Assembly (NCBI GenBank): GCA_003427395.1
Contig: BFEA01000020.1
Span: forward strand, 4,919,224-4,983,223
Length of the DNA stretch: 64,000 bases
Source: Chara braunii
Lineage: Eukaryota > Plantae > Charophyceae
Reading direction: 5' to 3'
The position numbers were made by a program, and so were the translations under genes. Below, in pieces: positions 62,340-64,000 of the stretch; the stretch's first letter is position 1; each line of letters begins with the position of its first letter. Below the pieces are notes generated by a model. It was not told the origin of the DNA. It ran no database searches and saw only the letters and a list, made by a program, of their open reading frames with translations.

Positions 62340-64000
62340 AGGGTCAATGACTTGGAATAGTTAAAGTTAAGGAATTACGCACGAGATTACAAATGGCAGG
62401 AATAGTTTGCACCATAGCACCACCATTCCATAATTCCCCAGAACCAAAAGCACGAACAAGAGCGGGGTAGTGGCCCGGAGTATGTAGAATATAGGCACAA
62501 ACGTACGAACACTAGTCAACGCCACCCGAAGGGGCACGCTGCATATCAAGTCAGCATTTGATCAAAGCAGTCTCCAAAACAGAGACACTAAATCCCCCAT
62601 GTCGAGTGTAATTACTATCCTGTGGGGGATGCAGAGTCGGGTTATCACCATATAACTCACGTTCCTAAGCATCAAGATGGGAAGCAATGGTCAAGAAATC
62701 AGAGTGAGTGTATGGTTCCCGACGATAGGCTTGTAGGCAAATGTTAGTAGCCGCGAGGCCACACAGATCCAGTGCAGGCCGGTCAGGCGGATTTTCTACA
62801 GAATCTCCTACAGTCCCCTTGCCAAGTTCTTCCTCAGATGGTCCCTTGCCATCATCCCTCCTATTTTGTGTTTGTCGTGTTGCAGAAAGGTCTACAGTTA
62901 AAGAGCGTCATAGGCGTGGTACTGATGCTTGGGGCGACAAAAGACGGGAACGGGAGGAGGGCCGTTGTGAGGAGAATGAACAGATTCTTCTTCGTCCAAG
63001 AACAGAGATGGAGGAAAGGGGAGTAAGTTGAGGTTGGGGAGTAAGTCGAAGCCGACGTCTAGGACGGCGAAGTAGGCTTTCTGCAGGGGCAGAACAGGAT
63101 GATGAAGTCTATGTGGACGAAGTAGTTTGTGAATTAGGAAGAGGGATAACGGATGGAGACAAACCCAGAGGATGTAGGAGTGGTGAAGACAGGGGGTGGT
63201 AGAGTAGTCGGACGGTGGGTAACAGACGAAGATAAAACCAAGGGAAATAAAGACGGTGAAGACGGGGGGGATGAAGTCAGGGGTGGTGAAGTGGCTGAAG
63301 TAGAGACGGGGAGGGCAGTCGTAGGTGAGACCCGAAGAGGGGACTCTGCAGGTGGTAATGCAGGCGTGGCCAAGGATACCATGGAGGAACACACCGACAC
63401 CAAGGGTGACATAGCAACTGCGGGTCGAGTTGCTCCCACAGAATCAATCGTAGAAACAACCAAGGCCGATGAAGAAGAGGTTGCGAACCGAAAAGGGGCA
63501 GCCAGGGTCACAAACGGCATGGAAGGGGTTACTAAGGTTGATGAGGACGCAGGTGCGATAGGCGCAGGTAATGAAGAAGAGGCTATGATAGGTGTGACAG
63601 GCGCCAATAATGAAGGAGCTGTGACAGGCGTAGTCCAAGGACAACGTGTGGAAACCCAAGAAAGTGGGTGGTGAATAGACCATCTAAGCATGTTGCGGAA
63701 CCAGCTGGAGAGGTGGGTCACGTGCGCAGGGTACCTGTGTTGACGTTTATGAATATAGGAAGTCCATCCTGTCACAAGCGTTGTTGGAAAGTGCCTGCGA
63801 AAAAGCATGCGTCGTGTGAGCATCGCTGTTGCAGTTTTGAAATCATACCAGTTGTTGTAGACATACTCAAACCTAGTACACTGACACTCCCGCCAGCTGG
63901 TGTGCAGGGGCGTTAGACGTAGCACTAGTAACGAATAACAAGGAAATTGCATTCAGCTACGTTGTCAAAGACACTCATACGCAGGGAACCGTCAAGGCGG

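Overview
Eukaryotic, TE-dense 64 kb window from a draft assembly with five N-gaps and many (GA)n/(CA)n/(TA)n tracts. The TE families and genes point to the green plant lineage, plausibly a charophyte alga such as Chara (inference, not verified). Two intact single-exon host CDSs lie on the minus strand: UTP18 (WD40 SSU-processome subunit) and a 546-aa secreted/membrane-anchored plant protein whose motif order suggests a permuted papain-like (YiiX/YebB-type NlpC/P60) enzyme. A third candidate is a RING-HC ORF with an internal 64-aa duplication. The rest is nested TEs: two L1-like LINEs, a full-length decayed chromoviral Ty3/Gypsy element (15034-24834, TSD CTGAC), two Gypsy remnants, a solo LTR, hAT-like MITEs, a (TA)n-embedded long-TIR element and tRNA-derived heads. 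The most striking unexplained structure is an abundant non-autonomous DNA element family with TTAA|ACCACCAGTAC...GTACTGGTGGT|TTAA termini (at least 8 ends in the window). These termini do not match the canonical ends of known TTAA-targeting superfamilies.
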